Shown: positions 41,736 to 57,343, counted from the first letter of the whole stretch. The stretch: DNA of 63,142 bases, filler included, from Intoshia linei (GCA_001642005.1; 6 parts of 6 records of this genome joined end to end with filler, not necessarily neighbours in it); one strand, 5' to 3'. A program made the numbers and translations. Notes: generated from the letters alone by a model not told the origin.

Positions 41736-43317
41736 GCCTGTTCGTAGTACAGATAATAATAATAACTGATATAAAATATTAGACTGACGTCATGTTGACC
41801 CTAGTTCCTCTCCATGGCAATGTCTGATACTACGTAATACAACAATACTATGGTAAATAATAATGGTTTTTATTTAAGTTAAATTTTAAGGTCATATTTT
41901 ATTAAGATTTTTAAATCAGACTAGAGCCTAGAGCTAAAATCAGACCAAAAATTGACTAAATTTATAGCAAGTTGATGAAAATTTGCTTGAACATTCCAAG
42001 CAAGCAAGCTTTATATTTTATATAAAATTGTTAGGTTGGCAAGCAAGCTACAACTTTAGCAAGCAACTTTAGTTAGTTATTGAACAATTTTGATAGCAAC
42101 TGGAAAATTGCTTTAACGTTTTTTTAACGTTTTTTAACAAAATAAATAAAAATTGCTAACGTAAAACTGAAAATTGTCATTTTTGTCAATAAACAGTTAC
42201 TGTATTTAATACAAATTGACAATGGTTGCTCTAAATCAGACAAACTTTTCATATTCATTTTTAGAGATTGTGTAATTTTGAATACCAAATAACGATATAT
42301 TTTCAAAAAAATAAATGTATGAATGACCGTCAACTGCTTCAAAGTTAACATCTCATTTAAAAATGATTATACTACCATATATTCTATTATAACGATGAAA
42401 TGATTTTATAGTCACATAAAACAATTATCTGGGGACACATTTTTAACTATTATGTCTTTTGAGAATTTATCATTTAATGTAAACATTAAATACACAAACA
42501 TGAAAGAAGTTTTTAAAAAAATACATCACTAACTATGCAATCTTGCAATCGTAATCTAATTCTTTTAAAAATTTATTTTGTATGAAGGATTTTGATTAAA
42601 GGTTTATCGATAATACACATTGTGTATCTATCAATTTGGTTATTTAAAATTACTATTTAAAAAAATACATTAATTTAAATTTACATAAATGTAATAAATA
42701 AAAATAATTCTATTAGCTATTTTTAATATAATTGAAACAAATTTATTTAACAAATGTACAATTTAGTAATCATATACGACCACCAAACTCGAAGAAAAGG
42801 AGTATAAAGATGATAATGGAATAAAGCCACACAAAATTATAAATTAATTAATTCAACACATTTCCAATAAATGTTTTTAATTATTATAATGCATTGAATA
42901 TTGAAAATGTACTTGTAATTGAATGTTTTTTATTACAATTGTAAAACGGTATGCGTATGAACTTGTTATGCAATATTTAAATAATAATTCAAAATAATGT
43001 GTAACATAAATGAGGAATCGAGTTTCAATTTTCAATCCATCACATAATTACTACAAGGTTGTTAATCATGTAGTACTTAACATTGTCAAAATTTGATATA
43101 TTCCGCTATATCAAAGTTAAATTTAATTGAATTTCAACGTCCATTTACACATAATTTAAGTAGTAAGGCGTTTCCAATTGAATCTTTATGCATATAAATT
43201 AATTGAATATTGTTTGTGTCTAATATTTACTAGTTAAATTAGATAATGGCGTCATTTATTTTATTGGAGTTAATTTAAATTTGATCCATTCATTTCATTA
43301 CTTTAAAATTTATAAAT

Positions 43318-43985
<668 letters not shown>

Positions 43986-44175
43986 TGTATTCACTAAAAT
44001 TATAATTAAATTGTAACATTAAAATTAAATCAGACTATGAGCCAATATTAATTTTACGATTGAGTGGACAATGTTTTGAATTAACAATATCTTTAATCTA
44101 TTAAATTATCATATCCGCTGTAATTAAGTAGAATTAAATGTAAATTGAATAAATTATAAACATTTTATTTACAAT

Positions 44176-47143
44176 TCATTTGCTCTTTTTAAATTCATGT
44201 TCTTGAGTCTTCAACTGTTCCATGATTTTATTGACCTTTTTCATTCGAATATTGTCACTAAATTATTAAATGCATAAATTATACTAATTAAAAACTTTTC
44301 CAATATTGTTTTAAATTTTTCATTGTTAATTAAAGCATTATCACGCCGAATTTCTTTAATGGCACATCGTTTTTCTCTCTTGATTCTTAATCTATCGATA
44401 ATTTTCTTTTTTGGTTTCAATTTTGTGTTTTCAAGTGGTTCACTATAATATTAAACAAAATTACAAATAATTATAGACTAACATACTCAAAGTTTAATTT
44501 TGGTTCCAACATTTTTATTGCAGTGTGCTTCCTTTTTGAAACTTTGCTTGGTAATTTACCAATTTTTATAATTTTAATTGTCTTTTGTAAGCGTTTCTAT
44601 ATAGAATTGTAAAAAATTATTATAACATCTATAAATTTACAAGATGGGTAAAAAATAAAACGAGAAAAAATTCAATGTGAGAAATTTAAAATTATTTTCA
44701 AGTTTTTTTATTGTCATTATTGCAGGCAACACTAATTTTTTTGAGACTAATACACTACGAAATTGGTTTCAAATGGTAAAATATGAATAAATCATATTTT
44801 TAAAACAATAAATATAAAATTACTTGAATACTACTATTTTCATAATAGTGTGGATTCAATTTATTAATATACTCTTCAATTTGAATTGGGGAAAACTTTC
44901 TATTCTTTATGCCAAATTTTATGTACATACCAATTAATTTCAGTGTAGTGCAAATTGCATTACTTAATCTGAATTATTAATTAAATCTGTTTATATCTTA
45001 TAAATGAATAAGGTTGATACATGGCAAATACTTAAATACAAGGGTGGTCCATTTTTTTACATATATAAATGACTAATTTGTAAAATATAAACTGAATATA
45101 AATACAATAACGCTTGTGAGTCACAAATTTTTAATTTTTAGAACTAAGCACTCTGAAAAAAAGATTTTTCGTTCATGGTTGCTAAAAGTTTGGTTTTTTC
45201 TTGTTAGGTTTGGTAAAATCGAAGTTTTCAAAAAAATGTAAAAAAATAGATTTTATCTTAACTGAAGGCTTAGTAAAAGTTGATTTTTTATTTAGGGTTG
45301 GATTAAAACAGGGGTGGGTAATCTTTACATACCATGCAACACATTTTTATCTTGAGATCTCAAAAGTGCCAAAATTTTTTTTGAAAGTCTGAGTACTTTC
45401 AAAATTTCCTTTTCAATACAATAAGTTCCATTTGGGAAATTCAATATTAGTTTCTCATTAAAAGAAATGGGATATATAAAATCGAGTACGTACTCCATTC
45501 TTCTTATTTAACAAAATCGCGAAAGTTCCTTTTAAAAAATTGGTGCAGTAGCTTTATTTTTTCTATATATTTATCCAAATCGCTATTATCAGCACTATAA
45601 TCCATTTTTTCTTTTAAGTGTGGAAATAAGCCCAAATCCTTATTTTCCAACTGGGAGAAAAACAGATTTACCTTTATCTTAAATAATTTCCAGTATATTC
45701 AGAAAGTTTTTAAGTTATTTATGTACTTAACGGATTACTGAAAGAAAATTAATTCTTACTTACAATTTAAATTTTATTTATCATAATTGCCAATGTGCCA
45801 CATGTAGTGCATGCGCCATAGGTTGGCCACCCCTGGATTAAAAAGTTATTTCAAAATCGTAAGAGGTTTTTATATAAAGGGATTGTGGTATTTATTATTA
45901 ATGAGAGATTTTTAAAATAATAATTTAGCGGTAGTCTAGAGCAGCAATTCTCATTGGGGTCCATGAAAATTATATACATTTAGTTCATATTATAGACATT
46001 TTCAGTAACATAAAGTCGTTTTTATAACATAAATACTTAGAAATACTAATATAAAACGGGCAAATCATGTAAAATTAAATTCTTTAGTATTAAATTAAAT
46101 TACTTACAAGTGTAAAAACTTATTGGACAACCTCCATTGTTCTATTTTAGGAGCAGCGTTTTTATTTAATTATTTTATTAAAATTTATAACCAAACCAAA
46201 TTTCTAGTCATAAACAAGCTTTAAATTTCAAATTGAAAATGGAATGCAAAATCAGTCAATACTCATGAGTCTATGAAACGTCAACCAAGGGATATAAAAT
46301 ATTAATTCTTCACAGGGAAGATAGATAATATATACTTTTTATTAATCTAATAAAATATGTAGTAAACAATTAATAATGTACTGTAAACAATATCTGAAAA
46401 ACATGTTCCATTTTGGGAACATTGACGGGTTAAAGGTTAATATCAATAGTTCATCAAGTTTATCATCTCGCAAAAATAGAGTACTCCATTTCTTTTGACC
46501 ATCATTCGTTTCACCCAAATGTAATGATTCATTAAAAATTGTCATTATTATTAATTTTTTTGGGGGTCCACAACGAAAAAGGGTTGAGAATGCCTGGTCT
46601 AGAGTCTTAGTATAAAATCCCCACATCTGGTCACTCTGAAATAATGTCTTTTACAAAAATAAAACTAATTTCTTAAACAAATTTTTACCAGCAATACTGG
46701 TAATACCTTTGACCATGCATCAACGTTAAAAATCAAATATACAACTTACAAATCAGGTGAGTTTTTTTTCAGATTATTAAATATAGCCACACAGCTAGTA
46801 CTAGAAAATAATTACAGTAAAATTGTAAGTTAAAAAGTTACGTTAAATGATTTGTATTGTAAGCAAAATTTTCCGATTTGGAACTTTGAAAAACAGAAAA
46901 GAAAAATTTTAAATTTTCGATAAAAATATTCATAATATGAGGTAAATATTTGTTGGTTTTTTGCGAGATTTTAAAAAAACACAGTGATATCAAAAGTTTG
47001 AAATATAAATAATCTGGATTTTTTTCATTTTTTAATTTGACAAAATCCATTTCTTTATTCAATTTAATAATACACGTGGATAGAAATGTAGATAAATTAG
47101 AATCGTCTTGGAATACATTAACAAGAGTCGACAAGAAAATAAT
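44176..47143 (-). CDS. NOP14: NOP14 nucleolar protein, 3' portion. Exons include 46842-47143, 46750-46800, about 44489-44596 and two terminal exons; middle exons uncertain
   Basis: AIKMLEPKL...KREKRCAIKEIRRDNALI...NDNIRMKKVNKIMEQLKTQEHEFK matches the NOP14 C-terminus; SQKTNKYLPHIMNIF resembles NOP14 SxRFIPELINFL. Confidence 0.8.
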
Positions 47144-47338
47144 CTAAAATAAATATTTTACAAATTATTATGCAACAATAATACAGTTTAAGGGCGAACT
47201 GTTTAGGACTGAAAGGTCGCATTATCTTAATAAATTTGAAATGAGGTCACATTAAATTAAATATAAAATATCAGAAAACACTTTGATGATATTTGATTTA
47301 TGCTATAAAAACCTTAAAATCATACTGTAAAGTATATA

Positions 47339-48387
47339 CAGTTAAAATCTCATTTAACGAAAATGGGAAAACGTAAAAATCGCATATTCGTTAAATGAAT
47401 TTAACAGAAATATTAGAAATGTAAAAATAACCATAGGTTACGATCAATTTCTATTGACCCATAATATTAACAGCATTTATCAATCTTTCGACATTCGTTA
47501 TTTTACAATGCACATTTTTAGATTCAACATATTTGTAAATTAGTTAGTAATTTTTTTTAACCCTACTTTTAACAAAATTTTTATTTTGATTTCCTTTCAA
47601 AAAAACAACATATTATGAAAACTCTCAAGGACGCTATAATGACTGGAAGATATGAGGTGTACACATAAAAAAATAAAATGATATAACCTTTGAGAGAATT
47701 AAAAACATTATTATAACAAAAACATATACATAATTATGTTCATGGAATGTTACTCAAAAAGTTTTAGAATCACTGGAATATTATTGACATTGTAATTATA
47801 ATGACGCATATAATTCTTCTGCTAAATAATATATCATTATGTATTGCTAAAATCAAATAATGTTAATTCATTGATTTACATTTAATTGTTAATATTTTTT
47901 ATGAAATAATCAATTATTTTAACTGACTTCTTCATTTCAAATAGATTTTGCCTTAAGGCACTGACTTGTTCAACATCTTTACCATTTGATTGAAGGAAAA
48001 AAAGTTCTAATTTTTCAATATGGTAAAAAGCATCCGCAAAACCAATTAATTCAGTTTTATTTGTTTCATTTTCCAATTCCTCTGTCATCAGAATCGTTGC
48101 TGATAAAAATATTTTCCAAAAATATGTCCATCTTGAAATATATCTTGACAATAATTGCCATCACATATAGGTAGAATATCATAGAATGCTGTATCATCAT
48201 TGAATTAAGTCAAATTTTTATCTACAATTGCATTTTTCATCAATATATTCGCATTTTCACATTTCATATAATTATTTTTACATTCCCAGTGTGTATATGC
48301 ATGACTAAAACAATTGATTATTGTATCAACTGTTACAGTATTCCATGATTCAATTATAAGTGGAAGAGCATTTAACAATTTGAATTT
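47339..48387 (-). mobile_element. Tigger/pogo transposon relic
   Basis: LLNALPLIIESWNTVTVDTIINCFSHA and KIIDYF C-terminus; TA|CAGTTAAAATCTCATTTAACG terminus. Confidence 0.8.
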
Positions 48388-48487
48388 NNNNNNNNNNNNN
48401 NNNNNNNNNNNNNNNNNNNNNNNNNNNNNNNTTAATTAATTAANNNNNNNNNNNNNNNNNNNNNNNNNNNNNNNNNNNNNNNNNNNN
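48388..48487. other. Assembly gap with synthetic linker
   Basis: N44-TTAATTAATTAA-N44. Confidence 0.98.
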
Positions 48488-48519
48488 AAAGTTTGTACAG
48501 CATTACTGCACCAAATTAA

Positions 48520-49265
48520 AATGGTTAATATTACAAAATATCCCATAATGTTTACACCAGAAAATGTTTTTCCACACACTTATAGCTAATTACACAGCTG
48601 CTTAGTATACGCATACATTTACGTGGTAAAAAGTTTTGAATACTGATGGTGGATGATGTAAAATTTAAATCAACGGTTTCGGTTTACAATAAACCGAATT
48701 AATATTTTGTGTTTATCTTTTTCCATTGAAATTCTATTGAAATCCGAAAATATATATTTTAGTATAAAGTTAATGATAATCTCATTTACAACATGTTAAT
48801 AAACTTTTCAATTAAAAAATTAGTTTGACACTTAATTAATTAAAATATTTTTCAAAATCTCTTTTGATTTCAATTTATAATGAAAAAAAATTTAAATTAA
48901 TTCGAGATGGAAGTTGCCCCTACAAACCTAAGTTAAGAATGAAAATTTGCAGAACCAACAAATATTAAAAAAAACAAACAATTTATAGTGTTTACGCCAG
49001 AAAATGTTTTTAGTCAGTTATAGCTAATATGACATTGTCAATATTTAAGTGGTTTAGAGTTTTGACTTATAATGACAATGATTGTTAATGTAAACTATGA
49101 AATATATTTAGAAAAATATACAATAAAGTTCATGATTATCATATTTAATCAACTTTTTAATTAAAAAATTAGTTTAATACATAATTAATAAAGATGTTGC
49201 TCTTAATCTATATTGATTTAAATTTCAAAATATAATGAGAAAAAAATTAGTTTTGCAACTACGAT
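48520..49265. repeat. Degenerate tandem duplication (about 350-440-bp unit)
   Basis: TGTTTAC(A/G)CCAGAAAATGTTTT at about 48549 and 48989; AACTTTT.AATTAAAAAATTAGTTT at about 48802 and 49151. Confidence 0.65.
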
Positions 49266-49918
49266 GGAGTACATAATTACATACTCAAGAGGTACTAAGG
49301 TTTGGATCCTTATTTGTCATTTTTCAGAGAAATGAAAGTACTGGATATTGAAGAACAAGATTATATTAAGAGATTGCAACCGTAGACATGGGTTAGGTAA
49401 GATAGATGTATAGGGGTAGTGGAAGAGGGAGAATACATGAAAATGTAAAATAATTTTTACAATAAAAAACGAAATGTTACTTTTACCATGCGTCGTTAAT
49501 TTTCATGCGACACGACAATTATTACTATGAAATTTACTATACAAGATAAATTAAATTTTGTTCATTATTCATATTTTGAAGTGCTTTGCCTCAGGGTTTT
49601 TTTTAATCCTTTTTATATAATTTTTTGATAATTGTGTATCATTCAACCTTATCTTCCACGTATGGGGTGACACTTTTGTATTTTCGCAAAAAAGTGAAAA
49701 AATTCACACTTTAAAAACGTTAATTTTTATATATAGAAAAAAAGGCAGTTTTTTGAATCTAATGGGTTAAAAATATTTGTATCATTACATAGAACGGAAC
49801 GTTCCATTAAACATTCAAATTTACATTAATATTTAATTAAACCGGGTTGATTTTCTATCGACCTCTTTTTTACATTACCAAAACCGTTAAAATTAGAACA
49901 AACTATTGTACAATTTAT

Positions 49919-52109
49919 TTATTTAAATTTAGCATACATGCATTTACATTTAAAGTATATAAATAATTTGCTAAACCACATAAAAAAAATGAAGACATAA
50001 ATAGAAAAAAAAATATATTCTGTGGGTAATTCACAAACAGAGTACTGTGGTATTTTGTCCAAAGTTATCTAAAATGTATAGATTACTAAAATGTTATGTA
50101 TAATATTATTTATAAATATGAAAAGTAGTGTCACACGCAATGCTGAACCTACCGTATGCGAGACCCCTCTTCTGTACAGTAGATTCGTCGCGAACGTCTT
50201 TGAACTTTTTAATTAAATTTACCAAAGCAAAACCAGCTCGATAGTTCATCCGAAAAGAAAAAGACGGAATATTAACTTCAGTTAAAATATCATTAAAATA
50301 TGTTCTTTTTATTTCACAATGAAAATGCATGTGACCGGTTATTAAAATTTGAGGGTTTATTTGTTGCAGTAACTAAAAGATTTAAATATAAAAAAAATTT
50401 GGTAAAAATACAAATTCTGATGATTTTTTAGACAATATATCATTATTTGGTATGTGGTGTATTTCTTCTGTAATCCAAAATGGTTTATAAACATTACAAT
50501 CCCTTTCAGATGTTCTGTACAACGGAAAGTGCTATTTTAAAAAATACAAAATAATAAAAGTGAAATTTAATTTAAAAATGATTGATACATACCATTAATA
50601 CTACTGGCCTATTTAAATGATCTTTCTAAATATAAAAATTAATTATGTTTATAATGAGTACATATTTTGTAAAAATAAACGTAAACATGAAAAGTAATAA
50701 TACATGTATTGAAAATGTACCTGTATTTTCCGAGAAAATGATTTAATTTTATTCATTGAACGCTTACAAAAGTTGCATTCATCAAATTTTAAAGACATGG
50801 AATTAAGGGAAAGAATGGAGGATTCATTATAAATATCGATATGGACGTCCATGGAACCAAAATTTCTGTTGAACAGATGTCTATTTAATGTATATTTGCT
50901 AAATTTTATTGAAAAATTAACAAAAAATTAATACTCGTCATGATATCCAATATCGTGATTTCCAGCAATTTTTATTATTTTGGTAGAACCAAATATATAA
51001 TTGAATTCATTCATCATGTAACGGTAATGCTGAGCTTCAAAATACAACCCGGCATCAAATATATCGCCCAATATGTATATTTTATCTGGATTGTAAATTT
51101 TAACAATTTTTTCAAAATTATTTTTCATTTCCCAATGTCTGAAAAAAATAATTATTTCAGGTTAACCAGTTAACTGATAGATTGATTGCCTTTTTCAAAC
51201 TGATACCCCAACTAACTAAAATTCGATTTGAAACCCATACAAGTTATATTATAACTCATACACTTAAACATGGTAAATTTCTTAAAAACTTGGTAAAACT
51301 TTTTTTTAATGACTTTATTTTCGCTATTTACAAAAGGAGATTATCGTTTCCATGCATATGCCGGATATTACTAATTTTATATTTTTATATTTATTTGACT
51401 GGAAATATTAATAAAATTATTTATAACAAAGTTATATCATGTTGCTAAGTTACAACATGAAATTATGGATAAAAAAGCCGTTTATTTGTAAAAATGTATA
51501 AAATACTTAATTGTGGCAGATTCATTATAATGAACTTGAATTTAACTTTATTTTATTTATTTGCTATTGCAGCGTTTCTTAATGTCGGTTAACGGACCAG
51601 TACTGATCAGAGTAAAGCTTTTTACCGGTCGCGAAATAATTTTGAAAAATTTTTTTACTAATTACAAACCAATTTATTACGTTTTTATCAATTTTTTTTA
51701 ATGTTGCCTAGTAAATTCTATAATTTATTAACGGTATGCCGTGAAAAAAGTGTGGAAACATCTGAGCTAGTGTTTGGTATTTACAAGAGCTTTGTGATGT
51801 AGTGTAAACAGTGTAACAATAAAGCATAATCAGTTTTCACTTTACGTTGTTATATATTTTCACCAAAAAAATTTTTAAATCAACAGTATCTTAAACATTG
51901 TTTAAAATAAAAATATACCTTACAATTCTGTCCAAATTAAATTTCCAAACAAAAGTAATATGAGTGTCTGCGATAACGAGTACCTTCTTACCATTTTCAG
52001 ATGGCCACGGGCAAGAAAATTGTAATAGTTTTAAATTAAAGTAATGATTATAAATGATTAAAATTAAGGTAACAAAGAGACAAAATTTAAATGAAAACTT
52101 AATTTTCAT
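49919..52109 (-). CDS. MPPE1: Metallophosphoesterase 1 (PGAP5/Cdc1 family), about 7 exons
   Basis: N-terminal TM, VIADTHI, LGDIFDAG, IAGNHDIG, HFPLYR, ITGHMHFHC, IPSFSFRM, CELP plus C-terminal TM. Confidence 0.92.
51570..51764. mobile_element. hAT MITE in MPPE1 intron 1
   Basis: CAGCGTTTC...GAAACATCTG; degenerate TSD TGCTATTG/AGCTAGTG. Confidence 0.65.
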
Positions 52110-52267
52110 TTTTTAGCAATTTGAATACCATGCAATTTATTTTGATTTATTTATTTTCTGTAATACAACTACAGGTTTCTACAATTTATACAAAACGGTA
52201 TTTTAGTCAAGGTGAAATTTTAAACAATACAAGACACTATATCGAGGAGAAAAATTATATTCAGTGT

Positions 52268-52529
52268 AGTAAGGATAGAGCAACATTAGAGTAACTATCG
52301 TTAAAGTTTAACTTAAACTCACTTCACTCTAGAATGAATGTTTATAGAAAGTTGACATAAGAATTAACATGTCTAATGTTAATTCATTTTCTACATGAAA
52401 TGTAATGTTTGGTATATAAGTTTCTAGTAGTATGCTATTGAAGTTACTGCTAGTACTTAATATCATTATCTCGTTGCTGAATGTATTTATAACTTTATTT
52501 TTATTAGTTATATACCCGATTACGCTACT
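52268..52529. mobile_element. Family C, AGT...ACT element (solo-LTR-like)
   Basis: 5-bp TSD AGTGT; homologous to 57128-57343. Confidence 0.75.
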
Positions 52530-52851
52530 AGTGTACAGAGTATATTTTGAAAAATGGTACTTATTAATGATAAGTATGATTCATTGATTGTGAATAATAA
52601 TAATAAAAAATTGGCTAGAAAAAAGTACAATTTTGAAAAATTTTCAAATTGTTATCTACACGCTTATTTTTTCACCATGTTTACCTTACACTTATATGTC
52701 CATGATTTGTTTTAAAATTATAAATTTTTTATTTATATTTTATACATAACTATATTTTTTATGAAATGATTTGGTTAAGAATCAAAAAATTTGTTTGGAA
52801 GCAACTATCCGAGTGTTTATCTTGGTAACACGTTTATTATATTATTTATTT

Positions 52852-53162
52852 ATGACTTCCCAATCTTTTGCAACAACTCCCACCGAAAATTCAGAATTGA
52901 GTGGTATAGAAGAACCAACCACTCCTGTCAATTTAAATATCATTAAAAATGAAAACAAATACAATATTAGGCCTCAATATTCTTACAAGTTGAATTTGTA
53001 AGATTTATTAACTCACTTTTATATTAAGATTTAAATCGGATGAAATTGAAACACTTATAAAGACACATTTAAATGAATCACTCGATGGAAAGGTTTATGA
53101 TGTTGCTGAATCTGGAAATTTGAGTAAAAACTTGACAGTCGAATTGTTGGATAAAATTAAAG
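52852..53162 (+). CDS. TCTEX1D2: Tctex1-domain dynein light chain, partial. Exons 52852-52988, 53029-53162; rest missing
   Basis: ENKYNIRPQYSYK|FKSDEIETLIKTHLNESLDGKVY...LSKNLTVELLDKIK resembles TCTEX1D2. Confidence 0.8.
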
Positions 53163-53577
53163 GTCTATTAATTAACCCTATTATTATGTGCAATGCGCAT
53201 TGCGCATGATGTATCACATTTGATATTTCAAAATAATTTTTTTATACTTTTGAAATTACACGAAAATACATTTCACTGACTCAAATAAAAGATTAATGGG
53301 GAAATATTATTATAACCTTTTTTAAATTCTATCTTAATACGCCGTTTCAACAAAAATAAATAATTACTTGTCTCTTGACACATTAGCTTATATAATAGCA
53401 GTAGGTGAATAAAAAAATTAAATTTATTTAATATTATCAAATAAATGCAAATTACAAACTATTTTGTTTACATGTCTAATATCTGCTACATTTTAAATGA
53501 TAGTAAGATTTAGATTTCACCTACAGTTTAATAATAATTTAAAATAAAATTAACGAAATATACAGAAAATTAATCAA

Positions 53578-54245
53578 TCCTAACTTATATAATATGCTAC
53601 GCGATTTTTGTTTGTGTGTGTGTCGGTGTCCTACTTTATTTAAATAACTACCCGTCTTAGAATTTTATAAAGTCCACATTTCAATTACAGTTTTTTCCGG
53701 GGTGTTCACAAATTTAATTCCAACCTCTCAATTCAACAATCTGAACAACAACTCACAAGAACGTCCGTAACATCTTACGGGTTAAAAACCCGAGTTGTGT
53801 CTCTTTTTGAAAATCAAACGAGTTGGAGAATTTAAAAAATATATACACTGATACGAATTTTAAAATCATAAACATTACCATAAATTTAAATATAAAAAAA
53901 TTATATCTTCAGGGCCAAAACCCCAAATTACCCTTCTTTTTTTAATGAAAATAGCCCTAGAATTTAAAAAAAATTACAGGTTGTATAGTTGTATCCTTTT
54001 AACACACACAGAAAATTTCAATCCGAATAAGTGACGACTTCACGGTCGAAAAAGCGTTTTACTTTTCATATATTTTTTTTCCGAAATATTTTATTAAAAC
54101 CAAAAATGTGAAATAATTAACTGTCCAAAAATTAAAAAAAAAAATGATTCTGATAGAGCTTATTCCAGTTGATATAAATACAAAAGTTAACCCCGAGAAA
54201 TCTACGCATTCCCGATGAAAAATAATTTTTAATATATTATCAACC
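53578..54245 (+). mobile_element. Family A Helitron-like copy, runs into gap
   Basis: A|TCCTAACTTATATAATATGCTACGCG followed by a (GT)n tract. Confidence 0.72.
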
Positions 54246-54345
54246 NNNNNNNNNNNNNNNNNNNNNNNNNNNNNNNNNNNNNNNNNNNNTTAATTAATTA
54301 ANNNNNNNNNNNNNNNNNNNNNNNNNNNNNNNNNNNNNNNNNNNN
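54246..54345. other. Assembly gap with synthetic linker
   Basis: N44-TTAATTAATTAA-N44. Confidence 0.98.
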
Positions 54346-57127
54346 GTTTGAAGAAATTTTTGTTAAATCGGGTCCTCATTTTTCCCTTCAGACCTTTATT
54401 TAACTATATAATTATATTATTATAATTTAACAATATAATTATAATATATTGGATTATAATTCATTCCCGTGGATCGATAGCTAGGATTATACAGCATTAC
54501 CAACGATTAAAAAAAAATTTTTAGTTTTATTTTTTTGATTTTCGTGGAGATTCAGTCAAACTCGTTCAATTTAAAAAAAATTTATGCAACGTATGAAAAT
54601 GTAGAGTTCAAACTTATAATGTAATATAAAAAGTTAATCAAAACAACCCAATCGCGACCCCCCGAAAACAGGGAACTGAAATTAATAAAAATTTTTAAAT
54701 TTTGAAAACAGTGGTGTGCTTGATAACCCTAACGTATAATAGTTTTACTGTATAATATTATTACTTTTTTATCATTTACTATTACATTTATAGGTAAAGT
54801 GGACAAAATTGTTATGAAAAAACTTATAAAATAATTAGTTTTATTTAATGTGTATTTATATAAATATTTATTCTTGATTTCAAAAATTCAGACCTTAATA
54901 TAATGAATACTGAATACGTTTACTTTTTCCATAATCAACATGAAAGTACTAGTATTAACATTATTAATAATGTTAGATAGAAATACAATGAACGGTGTAT
55001 ATAACAGATACGAAGGTAGTAAGAAAATACAATTCAATTTTTATTAATTTGCATTGATTTTATATGAAACTTAGCAACATGCAGTGGAGCCTCCCTATTC
55101 ACTCAAAAGTTTTGATTTACATATAAATTTAAATTTTAAATAATGGAAAAAAATTGTTGAGTTTACATCATTATACATGTATTATGTATGTTAAAAATAA
55201 AAATGTATTTAGTCAATGTGATATAGCTAAAAAATTGTAAAGAAAAAGAAATTGCTAAGAAAGCTTATGGTGCATTAATGCATTTCTTACAAAATCTCAT
55301 AAAATAATAATACTGAAAATAAAATTATAATGTCTAAATGCACATGAGGAAAACAAAATGAAACCTAGAAAAGTTAATTTTAATAAAATAATTAACTAAT
55401 TTGTGTATCCTGACAGGAAAACTTGTCAATAAAATTTGATTACAAAATGAACTGTAATTTGTAAATACAAAATGGTATCGATCTGGACAGTTCAGTAACC
55501 CTCATTTGATTGCAATGTTAAAATTTAATTGACAGACATTTTTGTTCATTATTATTATTTTATAAAGTTTACAGCAACATTAACATGAGTTCCATACCAA
55601 ATATAATTTCCTTTGTATATTTCCCATATGAAACATATTGCATACATTACTAGATTTGTAATTTATTAAGATTTTTCATTTAAAAATGACGAACGTATTC
55701 ATGTTTCTGTATTGAAAACTAATAATGAGTAAATCACACATAAAAAATTCCAACAAAAAATTAAGTGAACAGTCATGGTTTAAGACTATTGGCAATGTAT
55801 GAGCTTCAAAGTATCATTGTAGTCTTAGTAGTGTAAAATTTAAATTTCATTTAAACGTAAATCATCTTACAATTCCATCAATACAGATTTACCACATGAA
55901 TATATTTTAATTAGCACCTTAATAGTCAAATCTTGAATAACAACAAAAAAATAAAATTATGATGGTAATGTGTATAAATGTATGTGATTATATAATCATT
56001 ATATTCTAATTTATTGATTATCCCAGTAAATTCTTTTTACACCACATTTTGAGTACTATTAATTAATTATGTAATTTTTCTTATTTTCAATAAAAAAATA
56101 TTTATAAATAATAAATGAATAATTAACATTTTAAAACAAATATATTCATCACAGATACAAATAACAACGGAATTATGATTACTTAATTTTATTTTTCTTA
56201 CATTTTCGAAACGGGATCTAACAATCCTTTTGTTATATAAAATGGGCTATCTGTGAGTATGTTACCTGACATGATGAATTAATTCATTATGTCACATGTC
56301 TGTCACCGTTTATTTAAAACTTTAACAGTCCTCGAATTAAAAAACCCAATTTATAATACAGTTTTTCGAAAGTGATGTTTCATCGCAAATTTAATTTCTA
56401 GAAGTTGAGTCTTCAGTGTCAAAAACCCATTTTACCTTTTTTAAAAAATAAAATCAACTCAAAAATTTAATAAAACCTAAACTTGTTTTAAAAACATTAA
56501 CATTGTCGTAAATCACAATCTTAGAAACGATAACCTTTATCGTTAATACCCTTTGTTAATAAAAATGAAAAAAGTCTTAGAAATTACAGAAAAACATTAC
56601 AGTTCATACAGCTATATCCAGTTAATACATTCAAAAAAATTCAAACTCACAAAATGACGCTTTCACGGTCATAAAAGCGCTCTGTTATTCATGCTTTTAT
56701 TTGGTAACTATTTTATTAAAAAAACATTCACAAACAATAACTAATAGCCTTATAATTTTTATAAATAGATTATTCCGAGATAAATTATTCCAATTAATCT
56801 AGAATCTAGATTCAAAATTTCAACCTCAAAAATCTACGAACTCCAGTAAAAACAACTTTTATCAACCAATAGTTTCCAATTTTTTGAAATTTAATTAAAA
56901 ATGAAAATTTAAATATTCATCCTACAATTTCAAAAAAAGTGGAATTGACCGAATATATATATGAAATATAGAAATATGGGTTTCAATCTCATAAATTGAT
57001 TTCTTCTGTATTTCTATCATTGTTACGCAATTACTCATTTTCAAAAACTAAAATTTTAGAATCAACTTAAGTAAAGTTGGCAGAAAAAATACGTACTATC
57101 AATTATAGTTTATTTGGTGTTAAATGT

Positions 57128-57343
57128 AGTAACGATAGAGCAACATTAGTGTAACTATCGTTACCATTACTCAGTCTAGAATGAATATATTATGTTAATT
57201 CATTATCTACATAAAATATCATGTTTGATATAAGTTTCTAGTAGTTAACTATTGAAGTTACTGCTAGTAATTAATATCATTATCTCGCTGAAGAATGTAC
57301 TTATAACTTCATTTTTATGAGTTATACACCTGATTACGTTACT
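57128..57343. mobile_element. Family C, AGT...ACT element (solo-LTR-like)
   Basis: AGTAACG...CGTTACT with 5-bp TSD AATGT; empty site at 36447-36451. Confidence 0.8.

Noticed and set aside
54346-56290. Possible remaining TCTEX1D2 exons after the gap
   Set aside because: No RYK or WD...D Tctex motifs found by eye; AT-rich non-coding sequence.
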